A stretch of DNA of 63,610 nt, the filler included, from Folioceros fuciformis (Eukaryota): NCBI GenBank assembly GCA_049999805.1. It is 6 parts of 6 records of this genome, joined end to end, with 100 filler letters (N's around TTAATTAATTAA, not from the genome) between each part and the next. Parts side by side here need not be neighbours in the genome. Positions count along the whole stretch, not along the records: positions 12,540 to 21,368 come from JBNGIO010005079.1; positions 21,469 to 39,384 come from JBNGIO010005080.1; 4 more parts are not named here. One strand, 5' to 3'. This document shows, piece by piece, positions 12,540 through 23,573 of the stretch. The position numbers and the translations under genes were made by a program. The notes beneath the pieces were generated by a model. The model ran no database searches and was not told where the DNA came from. It worked only from the letters and a program-made list of their open reading frames with translations. Positions within the stretch are counted from its first letter, which is position 1; the number at the start of each line of letters is the position of its first letter.

Positions 12540-13127
12540 GTCCCAGACCAAGGAGACTATGAACAGCAGCCTAGGCGCCCTTCTTACCGGTGCATCTGCA
12601 CCACTACCTCTAGTTTCAAGGAGAATTGTTTTTTCCACGGATTCTCAGAGGATGATCTTGTCCCCGGAGCATCCCTCAACCTCGTGCCCTTGCCCATGGA
12701 GAGCTCGCCCCCTGCCACACAACCCCTTCTAGATGAGATCACAATCGAATTGCTCCCATCGAAAGATTTTTGCAGATATGCAGGATTGGTGGAAGCAATT
12801 TCGACAATTCCTGACCAGAATCTCCCCAAATTTGGACCAGATGCTCTCCAGGAGGGGGCGCCGATGCTGATAGGATTGATTTATGCACCTGGTCTCACCC
12901 ACGAGCTGCAGGGTGGAATTTGCAGGGATTTGTTTCACGCCATTGCGGCACAGCGCCCTACCGCACTTCAGTGTGCTGCCGAGGTGCCCCCCCCCCCAAC
13001 GAGGAGGCGCGTGCGCCTGCGAGGGGGCGCCCGTGCGTGTGAAGGAAGGCTCATGGCCAGGGGGCGCCCCCATGTGGAGGGAGCGTCTCGAAACCACTTG
13101 AGTTGTCGTTTGGAGGTACCTGACCCC
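12540..13127 (+). other. Unidentified open frame (~195 codons) running from the gap to the copia LTR
   Basis: No stop in the 12684 frame back to 12540; contains RCICTTTSSFKENCFFHG; no family recognised. Confidence 0.25.
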
Positions 13128-16100
13128 TGTTAAGGGTTAAGCTGTTATTCGCTTAACCTAGTTAAGTTCGATTTATACATACCGCTTGATATTTAGGGTC
13201 ATGTGGTATATAATGAACACATATGAGACCTTTTTTAACTAATTTTTTTTTTGGCACACAAGCTTTGTGTAGTCTCTAAGCGATCTGGCTTTTGTCAAAT
13301 GATCGTGTTCTGATAATTTACATGGTATCAGAGCTCAAATGCCCTGCACTTTGCTGACATCGCTAGAAAATGCCGAGGCAGGGTGGCTCGCGTAGAGGAC
13401 GGTGTCGTTAGGGACCTTCTACACAAAATACATCAGGAGGTGCCCCATCTCAACAACAGGCAGGTGTACCAATAGATACACTGCTGGATCTCTACGAGCA
13501 TGATTACCCAACCCTCTGGCTAAAGCGCTTTGCAGCACAAGACAATTCACATCCTGGACCAATAAAAAATCAGGAGGTGGATAGGCTATACAGAGAACGT
13601 CGTGGAAGGAGAGGACAAAACCTTGATCTTGTCTACAGACCCAGATCTGACGCCTCGATTTCTTCACCTGCTCAAATATAGGCACAAGTTGATCAGCTTC
13701 TTGAAACACAGAGATCTTGGGCTTCTATTTGAAGAGCAATATCAGCGTTTTCTACAAGCAATTCATGTACGAGATATAATGATCAAGAATCACCTTCGGA
13801 GCATAGCTGAGATGACAGCCAAGATTAGAGCACATCAAATCAAGGATGCGCCACCCAGATCTCCCAATCGAGGAGGTTGCCAGCGCTCAATTCTCTGAAT
13901 CCGTTGCGTCGTGGGAAACACCAGACTGCAAGCGTCGCGATCTCACCTGAAGCGCTGCATCGAGTGCTGACAGGTGTACACCCGACAGGCCCCTCACAAC
14001 TGCTGAAGCAAGGATCCACGCTTGCTGCGATCTGGTTATTTTCCTGCAAGAAATGAAGAGGCGCCCTCGCGTATGTTTAACATGAAACACCAACCAACCG
14101 TCAGTTTTTTTTTTGGTAAAAGTAGGTCAAGCAAAGAACTGAAACGCTAACTTGTTTTTTGTTTCGTTCTCTAATGACCCCTTGATCATTTTTTATTTGC
14201 TAATGTGTTTGAGTATTGGAAGAGGAACCACTTAGTGAGCATAGACAGACTCACATAGCTACAAATGTGTATTTTGTCTGTACATCTCTGAGTGGGCACT
14301 CCTCATACACACATTACATCAAACACTAATTTATGCACATAATTAAGAAAGTGTAGGATCAGAGGGCATCTTCTATACTGACCTGTGTTACTAAAGCCAT
14401 AGCTCTAGTTATTTTGTTAGTCTTATATGTTCGCAGGATCCAGCTTGTCTATAGATGCTCTAAGTAGCCTAGTCCAAGCACTTAGTCTTGGACAGCTTGT
14501 GACTACCCTCATTGAGAACCAGAATCCATCTGTAGTCATGGCCACAATTGTCACAAAACCTACATACACGTCAGAGCTGAAAGAGAAAGATCGATTCAGT
14601 GGCACACAATACGCTGTATGGCATATCCAAATGAAGTCAACTTTATTAGCCCGACGTGTGTGGAAAATAGTAGATGGAACTACTCCAAAACCAAATCCAA
14701 TTGCAAGTCCAGCACCTTCTGCTGATCAGATTGCTGATTGGGACGACCAGAACAGTATTGCGATAGCTCTCCTGATTGGGGGACTTCATGCTGACCTCAT
14801 ACCCGAGGTGGAGTTCCTCGATAAAGCCTCTGATATCTGGGCACAGCTGGAGAAAACATACAAAGTTACAAACGTGATGACTCTTGTTGGTGTAAAGCAT
14901 GAATTCTATGCTTTAAAAATGAAAGAGGGAGATAAGGTGGCAACATTCACAAGTAAATTCTGTCACCTTAGAGCACAAATGGCTTCTATATCAGGAACCA
15001 AGATGGAAGAGGTCGATGTTGTAGCTGAACTTCTCGCAAGGCTCCCTCCATCTTATCAGTCCTTTATCATAAGTCAGAATGGCCCTCTGCAAGCTGCCAA
15101 TGCTGCTGTAGCTGCTGGAGGCACTAGAAACATCACCTTGGAAGAGGTGATAGGTGCCTTCTATCAGGAAGAACAGAGCAGGCTGTTTTCTTTGGGAACT
15201 CCTAAGAGTAAAACGGAGAAGGCATTATTGGCAGGTCAGAGAACCTTCAAAGGAAAAGGCAAAGCCGGAGGTAAACCTCGCCAAAATTCAGATTCTGCTG
15301 GCTCATCCAAGTGTCCAGGAAACTGCAACTGGTGTGGTATAGCTGGACACTGGGCCAGGGAATGTAAGAAGAAAAAGGCAGAAGAACCTAAGCGCACTCC
15401 TAAAGGTTCTGCAACTGTTGCTATTAAGGAGAAGACATCAGGTGATGCCAAACTAGTGGTGAAGATACTTACAGTCTGCTTTGCCCGCTCCATATGTGAT
15501 GAAGATGGATGGTACTTGGATTCTGGTGCCACTTCACACATCTGCAAAAGTAAAGAGCAATTTTACTTGCTACAAACACACAGAATAGCTGAAAGAGTGC
15601 TATTGGGAGATGAACGAAATCAATCCAGTCTCCAGATCCTTGGCAGTGGAACATGCAAGTTTACTCTACATGATGGATCAATTCTTACCTTGGATGACGT
15701 CCTATTTGTGCCGTCAATGGCTAAGAATCTGGTCTCCCTCAGTAAACTGATGCAACTTCGAGTATATGATATGAAAGCCAGTGAGGACACTTGTCTCTTC
15801 TACAAGAGGTCAGAACCTTCCATGCTGGCATTCAAAGGTACATTAACTAATGATCTCTATAGACTGAATATTTGTACCCTTAGACACCAGGTTAGTCTTG
15901 TCTCTAAGAAGTCCCAAAGCCTTGCTGTCCTGTGGCATGCACGACTTGGTCATGTAAATAAGAGAAAGCTGGTAGACATGTCATTACAGAGATGTCACCT
16001 TGAACCCTTGCCTCAGGTTTTCAAAGATTTACCTTCTTGTGAAGCTTGCATTGTTGCCAAGCAAAAAGCTCACCCTTTTCTAGTCTCCGCATCCTACAGA

Positions 16101-18402
16101 GCATCTGTCGTCCTTGAGTTAGTGCATGCAGACATTTTAGGCAAAATACAGATCCCGTCCCTTAGCAGTTCTATCTATTACCTATGCATCACTGATGATT
16201 ATTCCCGATACACTTGGACTTTCCCGATGCACCTGAAGAGTGATACCTTTGAGCTCTTCCACAATTGGCTGCTGACTGCGGAAAAATAGACAGGTCAGTC
16301 TGTTAAATATCTTCGGACTGACAATGGAGCAGAATTTGTCAACACAACATTTGATAGTTTCCTACAAGAGAGGGGGATAAAACGACAGCTTACAATTCCA
16401 TATACCCCACAACAAAATGGCGTGGCAGAAAGGAAAAATCAGACCTTATTAGCCATGACTAGGAGCATGTTACTGTAGGCAAACTTATCTCAAGAATATT
16501 GGGTTGAGGCCATCGTTGCTGCGACCTATATTCTGAACAGACTCTTCACCAGTTCAGTCCCTTTGAAGACTCCATATGAGGCTTATTGGAAGTAGAAACC
16601 CAGCTTGAAGCACTTGCGTGTCTTTGGTTCCCGTGCTTTTGCTCTCATCCCAGAGGAGAAGAGAAAGAAGCTGGATCTGAGAGCCCAAGCACTCATCTTC
16701 ATTGGATACAGTGAACAGTCTAAGGCTTACAAATTGTATCACCTTGAGGAACAACGAGTGGTGTTAGCTCGATCCGTTACCTTTCTGGAAATTGACAAAC
16801 TTCTCATCTTAGGTCAAACCACAACAGAGGGAGCTGATGTACCTACCACAGATGATGACATTGTAGACTTCCCTTCTGATGATTCACCTGATGAGGGAGA
16901 TGAACCACCTGTCCAGCCTGTGGGTACACCTCCCCCTGTTCAGCCTATACCCCCACCTGTACCACATCAGCCTGCAAACGCTGTTAATCCAGATCCGCCA
17001 CCTGTTCCTATTCCACTAGAAGATGATCATCAACCTAACTATCATGCTGAACCAGAGGGAGATGAGGGATACGCACTGGTTGAGGAGGACCTACCTGAAA
17101 AAAAATGAACCTCCACTAGCTTTTCAATATGAAGAACCTGATCCTCCATTGCGACGTTCAACCAGAAACCGCCCTCCTCTAGAATAGTGGAAAGAGCCAC
17201 GTTATGAATCAATTGACTTCAGAACAGCATATGCAGACATCTGCAATTCTGCTTCAAGCACTCTACACCTGGAGCCTAAGTCTTTGACAGAGGCTTACTC
17301 AGGACTTGAGCGCGATAAATGGAAGCATGCAGTTGATGATGACTACAATTCCCTATTTAAGAATAAGACATGGAAGATAGTGGACCTCCCGCCTGGCAGA
17401 AAACCTATCTCCTGCAAATGGGTATTTAAGCTTAAGCTGAATGCTAAGGGAGAAATCGCCAAATATAAGGCTAGACTGGTCGCACGAGGATTCACACAGG
17501 TTGAGGGACTAGACTACCAGGAAACCTTTTCACCTGTTATGAAAGCTCAGTCGATAAGGATGATATTAGCACTGGTAGCAGAATTTGATTTAGACCTGCA
17601 TCAAATGGACATATGCACAGCCTTTTTATATGGTGCTCTGGACGAAGACTTATACATGGTCCAACTTGAAGGCTATGTGGATCCTAAACATCCTAAGCAG
17701 GTTCTGAAGCTATTAAAGACCATCTATGGTCTGAAACAGAGTGGCAGAGTTTGGTATTTCACCATCCACAAACATCTGATTAACAACTCTTTTGTTCAAA
17801 GCTCTGCTGATGGTACTGTATACAAGTTGACCAAGGGAGCTGATATGTTATTCTATCACTGTACGTTGACAATGTTATACTAGCTACCAATAGTCAGCTA
17901 CTGCTGGCAGAGGTTAAAGAAATGCTAAGTGGAAGATTCGATATGAAGGACATAGGTGATCTAAAATTTTGTTTGGGCATTTAGTTGCTAAGGGTAAGAC
18001 CTAAGAAGCTAATTATTATCCACCAGTACCAATACATACAAGAATTGCTGCACAAATTTAAGCTTGAGCAGGCAAGACCATCTACCACACCCTATGCACT
18101 AGGAACTAAGCTGACTAGCCTATAGTGTCCAAAAGGTGCAGACGAGATTAAGGAGATGGCATAGGTTCCCTACAGGCATGCAATAGGCAGTCTCATATTT
18201 ATAGCTAACTGGACACGACCTGATATTCAATATTCTGTTAGCACCCTCTCACTAACCCTAAACCCTAGGCCGAGTGCATTGGACAGCAGCTAAACGTGTC
18301 TTTCGCTATTTAAAGGGTACGCAGTTCTATGGGCTTGCATACAGGAGCAGTGGAGGGCAGAAACTTACCTTGAAGGGCTTCACAGACGCTGACTGGGCGT
18401 CG
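13128..18402 (+). mobile_element. Ty1/copia element with 5' LTR, PBS, 1.2-kb leader and nearly complete decayed gag-pol; 3' end deleted
   Basis: LTR TGTTAAG...TTTACA 13128-13322; PBS TGGTATCAGAGC 13323-13334; gag ATG 14538 (KEKDRFSGTQYAVW); CNWCGIAGHWAREC; WYLDSGATSH; LWHARLGH; DDYSRY; RT KYKARLVARGFTQ, HQMDICTAFL, IYGLKQSGRVW; RNase H start GFTDADWASD. Confidence 0.97.
13370..13898 (+). pseudogene. Putative extra ORF (~175 aa) in the copia leader, upstream of gag
   Basis: MPRQGGSRRGRCR*GPS...IDTLLDLYEHDYPTLWLKRF...HPGPIK joins IRRWIGYTENVVEGEDKTLIL...RAHQIKDAPPRSP if one A is removed from the A6 run near 13564-13569. Confidence 0.4.
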
Positions 18403-18844
18403 GACCGTTTCAACGGCCAACGTTACCTTGTATGGCGAGTTCGGATGAAGTCGATTCTCATCAGCCGTGTTGTTTGGAAGATAATTGATGGCAGCTACCC
18501 TAAGCCTGATCCCACCGCGACTCCTCCTCCTTCTCTAGCAGGCATAGAGAAGTGGGAATACTTAAATGGAATTGCAGTGGTGCTCCTCATCAGCGGTTTG
18601 GACTCAAGCTTGGTGCCGAGCGTTGAGTTCCTTTCTGAAGCCTCCTCCATCTGGAATCAACTTTCCAACACCTACAACGTGAACAACGTTCTAACACTCC
18701 ACAGTGTCAGGCAGGAATTTAACGCACTCAAGATGAAGGAGACGGACACAGGCGTAGCACATACCTCTAAATTCAGACACCTTAGAGATCAACTAGTTTC
18801 CCTCGGGTCATTGATGGCTGAAACCGATGCCACTGCTCAGCTTC
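18403..18844 (+). mobile_element. Gag N-terminal fragment of a second, related copia element, fused in frame to the first element's RNase H
   Basis: DRFNGQRYLVWRVRMKSILISRVVWKIIDG...VRQEFNALKMKE...SKFRHLR is paralogous to the gag at 14538; cut at AQLL by the next repeat. Confidence 0.92.
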
Positions 18845-20690
18845 TGTGGAGGAAAATATTGTGTCCGAGGACACCGCGAGGCCCACACAAACCCTTTATG
18901 TCGTTGTAGCCATGGGATTTGCTTCCAAGGGAATGATTTGTGCCAAGTTACACACGTTTCTTCTACTACTAGCTCCTACCTAGGTCCAACCCTATCCCCT
19001 ACCACTTCTACTACTTGCTGGCTCCCTACCACTACCTTCCAGCTAGCCTAGCTACCGTGGTCTCAACCCTACAACTCTAGTTCCTACTCTATGACCAGGG
19101 TTGGGGTCTCCATGATCGCTAGTACTTCCAAGACCGGTGGTGGTTTCCACAACCGGGGTGGGTTCCACGGCCGTGTTGGGCCCCACCCAAAGCCTTACTA
19201 ACATTTACTGACGCAGGTGCCACCGCGGGTTTCTACCCATGGGTTTCTGCTCAGAACCCCCCGAGTCTCGGGTCGGGGTTTATTGAACACGTTTCATACC
19301 CGTAGATACACCCTTAGACAACCAGGCTTTGCGGGACAGTCACACCTCAAGCTCACACCCACAAGGCACTTCCAGCACATGCAAAACATACCCACAACTC
19401 TTGCGTACAGTTACTCCTCGCAGGCTCGCTTCTAAATGTCTCCAACCTTCCAGCAACGTCCACAATCCTCCAGCAATCTTGCAGCGACCCTTCACACCCT
19501 CTTACAACCTCCAAAGTCTTTTAACAACGCTCCACGGCGGTCGGGGATTCTCCAGCAATCTCGTCTCATCCTTAGCACTCTTCTCAAGCACGCAGTCTCA
19601 CAGCACACTCGTTCACAGCCAATAGTTTGGGGAATAAGGGGAGGAGAAACTCCCCCTCCACTCCGCAGGTGGGCGGATTCGTTCCTCTCTCCTCAGCCAC
19701 AACTTTACTCCTTCTCGTCTCACTCGCTTCTTCACTCTTCGCCTTCTTACATGCTCACTTCTCAAACACACACTCACACACCAGTTGTGGAGGAAAATGT
19801 TGTGTCTGAGGACACCGCGAGGTCCACACAAACCCTCTATCTCGTTGTAGCCATGGGACTCAATCCCAAGGGAATGATTTGTGCCAAGTAACACAGGTTT
19901 CTTCTAATACTTACTCTTGCCTAGGTCAATCCTTGTCTACTACTGTCCTACTACCTACCAGTTCAACTACCACTACCCCTAGGTAGTCTAGCTACCGCAG
20001 ACCCAACTCTACGACTCTGGTCCCTACTCAACGACCGGGGTTGGGGTCTCCGCGACCACTAGTACTTCCACAGCTGGTGGTGGTTTCCATAACTGGCAGT
20101 GGGTTCCACAACCATGGTGGGACCCACCCAAAGCCCTAACTAACACGTACCGGCGCAGGTGCCGCTGCGGGTTTCTACCCAAAACCCCCCGGGTCGGGGT
20201 TATTAAACACTTCCCACACCCACAGATACACACTTAGACAATCGGTTCTGCGGGGCGGCCACACCTCACACTTCACACCCACACAGCGCTTCTAGCACAC
20301 ACCAAATCTCCAACGTACAGTTACTCCTCACAAACTTGCTCCCGAATGTCTTCGTCCCTCAGCAGTGCCCACGATTCCCCAGGGTTTCTCAATGATCCTT
20401 CACACCACAGCCTTTTAACAGCGTCCGAGGTTTCTCCAAAAATTCCTCAACAATCTCGTCTCAACCTTAATACTCTTCTCAAACACTTAGTCTCACAGCA
20501 CAACTGTCCACAGCCAACAATTCGGGAAATAAGGGGAGGGAAACTTCCCCTCCACTCCGCGGGTCGGCGGATTTGTCTCCCTCACCTCGGCCACGTGTGT
20601 GACTCACTCCTCTTCGTCTCGACTCACTTGTTCCTTCACTTCTCTCCCTCTTACACGATCACGTCTCAAACACTCACTCACTCACCAACA
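18845..20690. repeat. Two tandem ~0.9-kb LTR-like units (18845-19783 and 19786-20690)
   Basis: Both start tgtggaggaaaatRttgtgtcYgaggacaccgcgagg, are collinear throughout and end in CA (cacacca; caccaaca); no coding signal. Confidence 0.9.
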
Positions 20691-21090
20691 CTAAGACCGG
20701 GTTGTAGCCGATAATCGGGAAATAAGGGAAGGAGGAAATCTCCCTCCACTCCGCGTAGTGGGCGGATTCGTTTCCCTCCCTCACCTGCAATGCACAGTCA
20801 ATCTTCACATCCACTCACTTCTCATCACTGTATTTGAGGTGCAATTGAAGAGTCAGGGAATAAGGGAAGCAGACACCCCTTCTTCCACTTTGCTCATAGT
20901 GGATTCGTCCCCCTCACCTCAACCGCGAGCCACAATTCGTCGATCCAGGGAATAAGAGAAGGATTGTTCTCCCTCCACTCTGCGGGTCAGCGGATTCGTC
21001 CCCCTTCACTCCTACTGCAACACACAACGCAAGTTACTGGGAAAAAGGGAAGTTCGCCTTCCAATCGGTGAGAAGTTCCACCGATACCAC
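19630..21090. repeat. Array of a ~65-bp two-hairpin module (5 clear copies and 1 degenerate) with unique spacers
   Basis: gggaa(a)taagRg...tccact-ccgc-loop-gcgga-tt at ~19630, 20525, 20717, 20856 and 20948; degenerate at 21039. Confidence 0.8.
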
Positions 21091-21119
21091 CTGTCGTGGA
21101 GCAGAGAAATCGCCTACAC

Positions 21120-21368
21120 CTTCTGTGAACCTCCAAAGTTTGGGGTAGTAGTCTGTTTTGGTTGAAAAAGGGTTAATAGTGGTATGGTTTGGTTTTCTTT
21201 TTCTACTAATTTTCCCTAATTTTCCTTGAATTTCTGGTCATTTTTCCTATTTTCTTTATGCTAATTAGGTTAATTGACCAGGAAATAATTGGTTTGGTTA
21301 TAAGAGTGGGTATAGGTTTGGTCCCAGACCTGGGAAGGTTTAGGTTCGGTACGAGGCCATAGGGTTGG
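21120..21368. repeat. AT-rich segment B of the same family; inverted copy at ~38780-38975
   Basis: Reverse complement (ctggtcaattaacctaattagca...aaaattagggaaaat...aaaaagaaaaccaaac...cactattaa) aligns by eye with 38780-38960. Confidence 0.85.
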
Positions 21369-21468
21369 NNNNNNNNNNNNNNNNNNNNNNNNNNNNNNNN
21401 NNNNNNNNNNNNTTAATTAATTAANNNNNNNNNNNNNNNNNNNNNNNNNNNNNNNNNNNNNNNNNNNN

Positions 21469-22298
21469 AGTTCTTGTGACAAATTCTTTACCTTGTCCAC
21501 GTGCTCCATGACATTATCAGCCTAAGTCATTTGAAGGGTGAAAAACTTACGCCTCAAAAACAAGCGATTCACAAGACCCTTATTCTCATAAAGTGCCTCC
21601 AGCTTTTGCCAGGCCTCCCTAACAGAAGTACATGAGGTCACGTGCATCAACTGGGCATCTTCCAAATTAAAGCAAATAGTTGCAAAAGCTTTAGTATCGT
21701 TGTCTGCCCACTTGGCTTGTCTCTCGGGCTCGGAAGGGTGTGGCTCAGTGCTAGACACCAGTCCCCAAAGGTCTTTTTGTGCCAAAAGCATCTTCATCTT
21801 GAACTTCCACAATGCAAAGTTTTGGCCTCTAAATTTTTCGACCACACGCGTCTCTACGTGTCGTACCTCCATGTCTTCACAATTGCACTCAAGGTCCCAT
21901 GAGCTCAAAGCAAGGAGCTATGCACTTGCACACAAACTCTCACAAGCTCAAGGCTAAGAGTTATACTTCTTGCAAACGAGTTCTTACAAGCATAGAGCTA
22001 AGAACTATGCAATAAGACTTGGTCCTGCGTGGCTCATCTCACATGACACTGGAACCTCTGAGCTCTGATACCATGTTAGAAAATAGTTAATCCCAGGTTG
22101 AATGCTTAGACCAATACCACACAAATCAATTCCCAATCTTGTTGCTACACATAGTCTGTGCCTACATATATAGGCTTAGACATAGCCTGATATCTCGTGA
22201 GTGATGGACTCTATCTCGATCCTATTATTCACTTATATAGATCAAGGATATTGTGTACAAACATGGATGTGTTTCACTAATCTTATGGATTTCTAACA
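21469..22298 (-). mobile_element. Ty1/copia 5' end: LTR, PBS and gag start
   Basis: LTR 22074-22298 with 9-bp inverted ends tgttagaaa/tttctaaca; reverse PBS gctctgatacca 22062-22073; gag VEKFRGQNFALWKFKMKMLL...NRLFLRRKFFTLQM. Confidence 0.95.
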
Positions 22299-22711
22299 CG
22301 GGGAAGGTGAAGCATACGTTATTCCCGGTGCGTTTCCATGCCCACGGTGTTCAGGCTGGCAATGAGGGCTTGGAGTGGATCAGCTTCTACACCACCGACC
22401 AGTGATTGTGGAGTGAGGATGTCGCTTTGCTTTTCAGTGTTGTTCTGGTGGTTTTGTCTGATATCTGTTGAAGCTTAGAACCGTCTTATTCACTTGCCGG
22501 ACACGGCACTTGCAGGCGCCTTGTGGAAGCTCTAGCTGGCAGGACCTCCGTCCTGAGGAGATTTCCGGAGGAAGTGGCAGCGGCAGCCTTCAACATCGAT
22601 GTTACGCAGGTGCGTGAAGCAAAAGAGACTCGAATGGCGGAGGAGCCGCTTCTGCTGCCAGCTGGAGGGGGCCGCCGCGAGAGGAAGCATTCCTTCCTCG
22701 CCACCTGCTGA
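22299..22711 (+). pseudogene. 3' part of an 11S globulin/legumin-like (bicupin) gene, interrupted by the copia element
   Basis: GEGEAYVIP/FHAHGVQAGNEGLEWISFYTTD-QRLVEALAGRTSVLRRFPEEVAAAAFNI matches the legumin beta-chain pattern; GT-AG intron 22402-22515; frameshift near 22330. Confidence 0.8.
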
Positions 22712-23573
22712 GGATCTGCAGAAACGTTGCAAACTTGTCCAAGTGTACACCGGTGCTCCAACAGCTTGCAGTGGAAAATGCCAAGCAAGTCCTACTAGTG
22801 TGCGAGGGGCAGGACAGTTTTGTTTTGCCAGCTAGCAACCAGCAACCAGGCAGTGTTCCAATGTTGCGCGTCAGAGGATGACACTGTTAGCCTTTCTATG
22901 TGAACAGACTGCTTACTTTTGCGGAAAGCACCGAAACCAAGTTTGCTTTGACCACTTCCACATGGTGATCATCTTTTGTGCCCCTTAATGTGCCGATCAA
23001 CGGAGGAGGCAGGCTTCGCACTCTCTTCTGTGTCCACTCCTGAAATTTCTGACTAGAGCATAGTTTCGAGTTTAGTGGCCTGACCCACGGATAACTTGGT
23101 TCAACATATGCATGAAGCACTCTACAATAAGAAGCTCCGAGCGATCTTGGATTGTTTTGTGATGGCTTTGCTCTTGTCGTACACGTGCTTCTTACTCTAC
23201 TGCCAACGACTGTCAAGATATGCACCCTTGTTGACACGAGGATGCAAGATATCATGCGGATAATCGTTACATCCAGGCTCACAAAGGGCTCTTCTCAGAC
23301 CACTAGGAGAGACATTGCAAATCGGACAGATCCCTTTTTTGGAATCAGCCTCAGATTACAAATTGGAGATCCTGCTTATACAGGAGAAACGCAGACACCC
23401 CACACTGCACACTACTGCCAAGAAGCGAACGCCTTATCAAACGTTCCCATCACGCCTTCCAAGCCTTCACGAAACTGGTAACCCTGCGTAGAACTTTCCG
23501 TTACCAACCCCACGACGGAGAGAAGGAAAGAGGGAGAGGCAGCACAAACCAATGAGCATTGGCCACTAACCTG

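Noticed and set aside
19630..21090. CRISPR-like repeat-spacer array
   Set aside because: Repeats are long and divergent, spacer lengths are very unequal, no cas genes are present and the context is eukaryotic TE DNA
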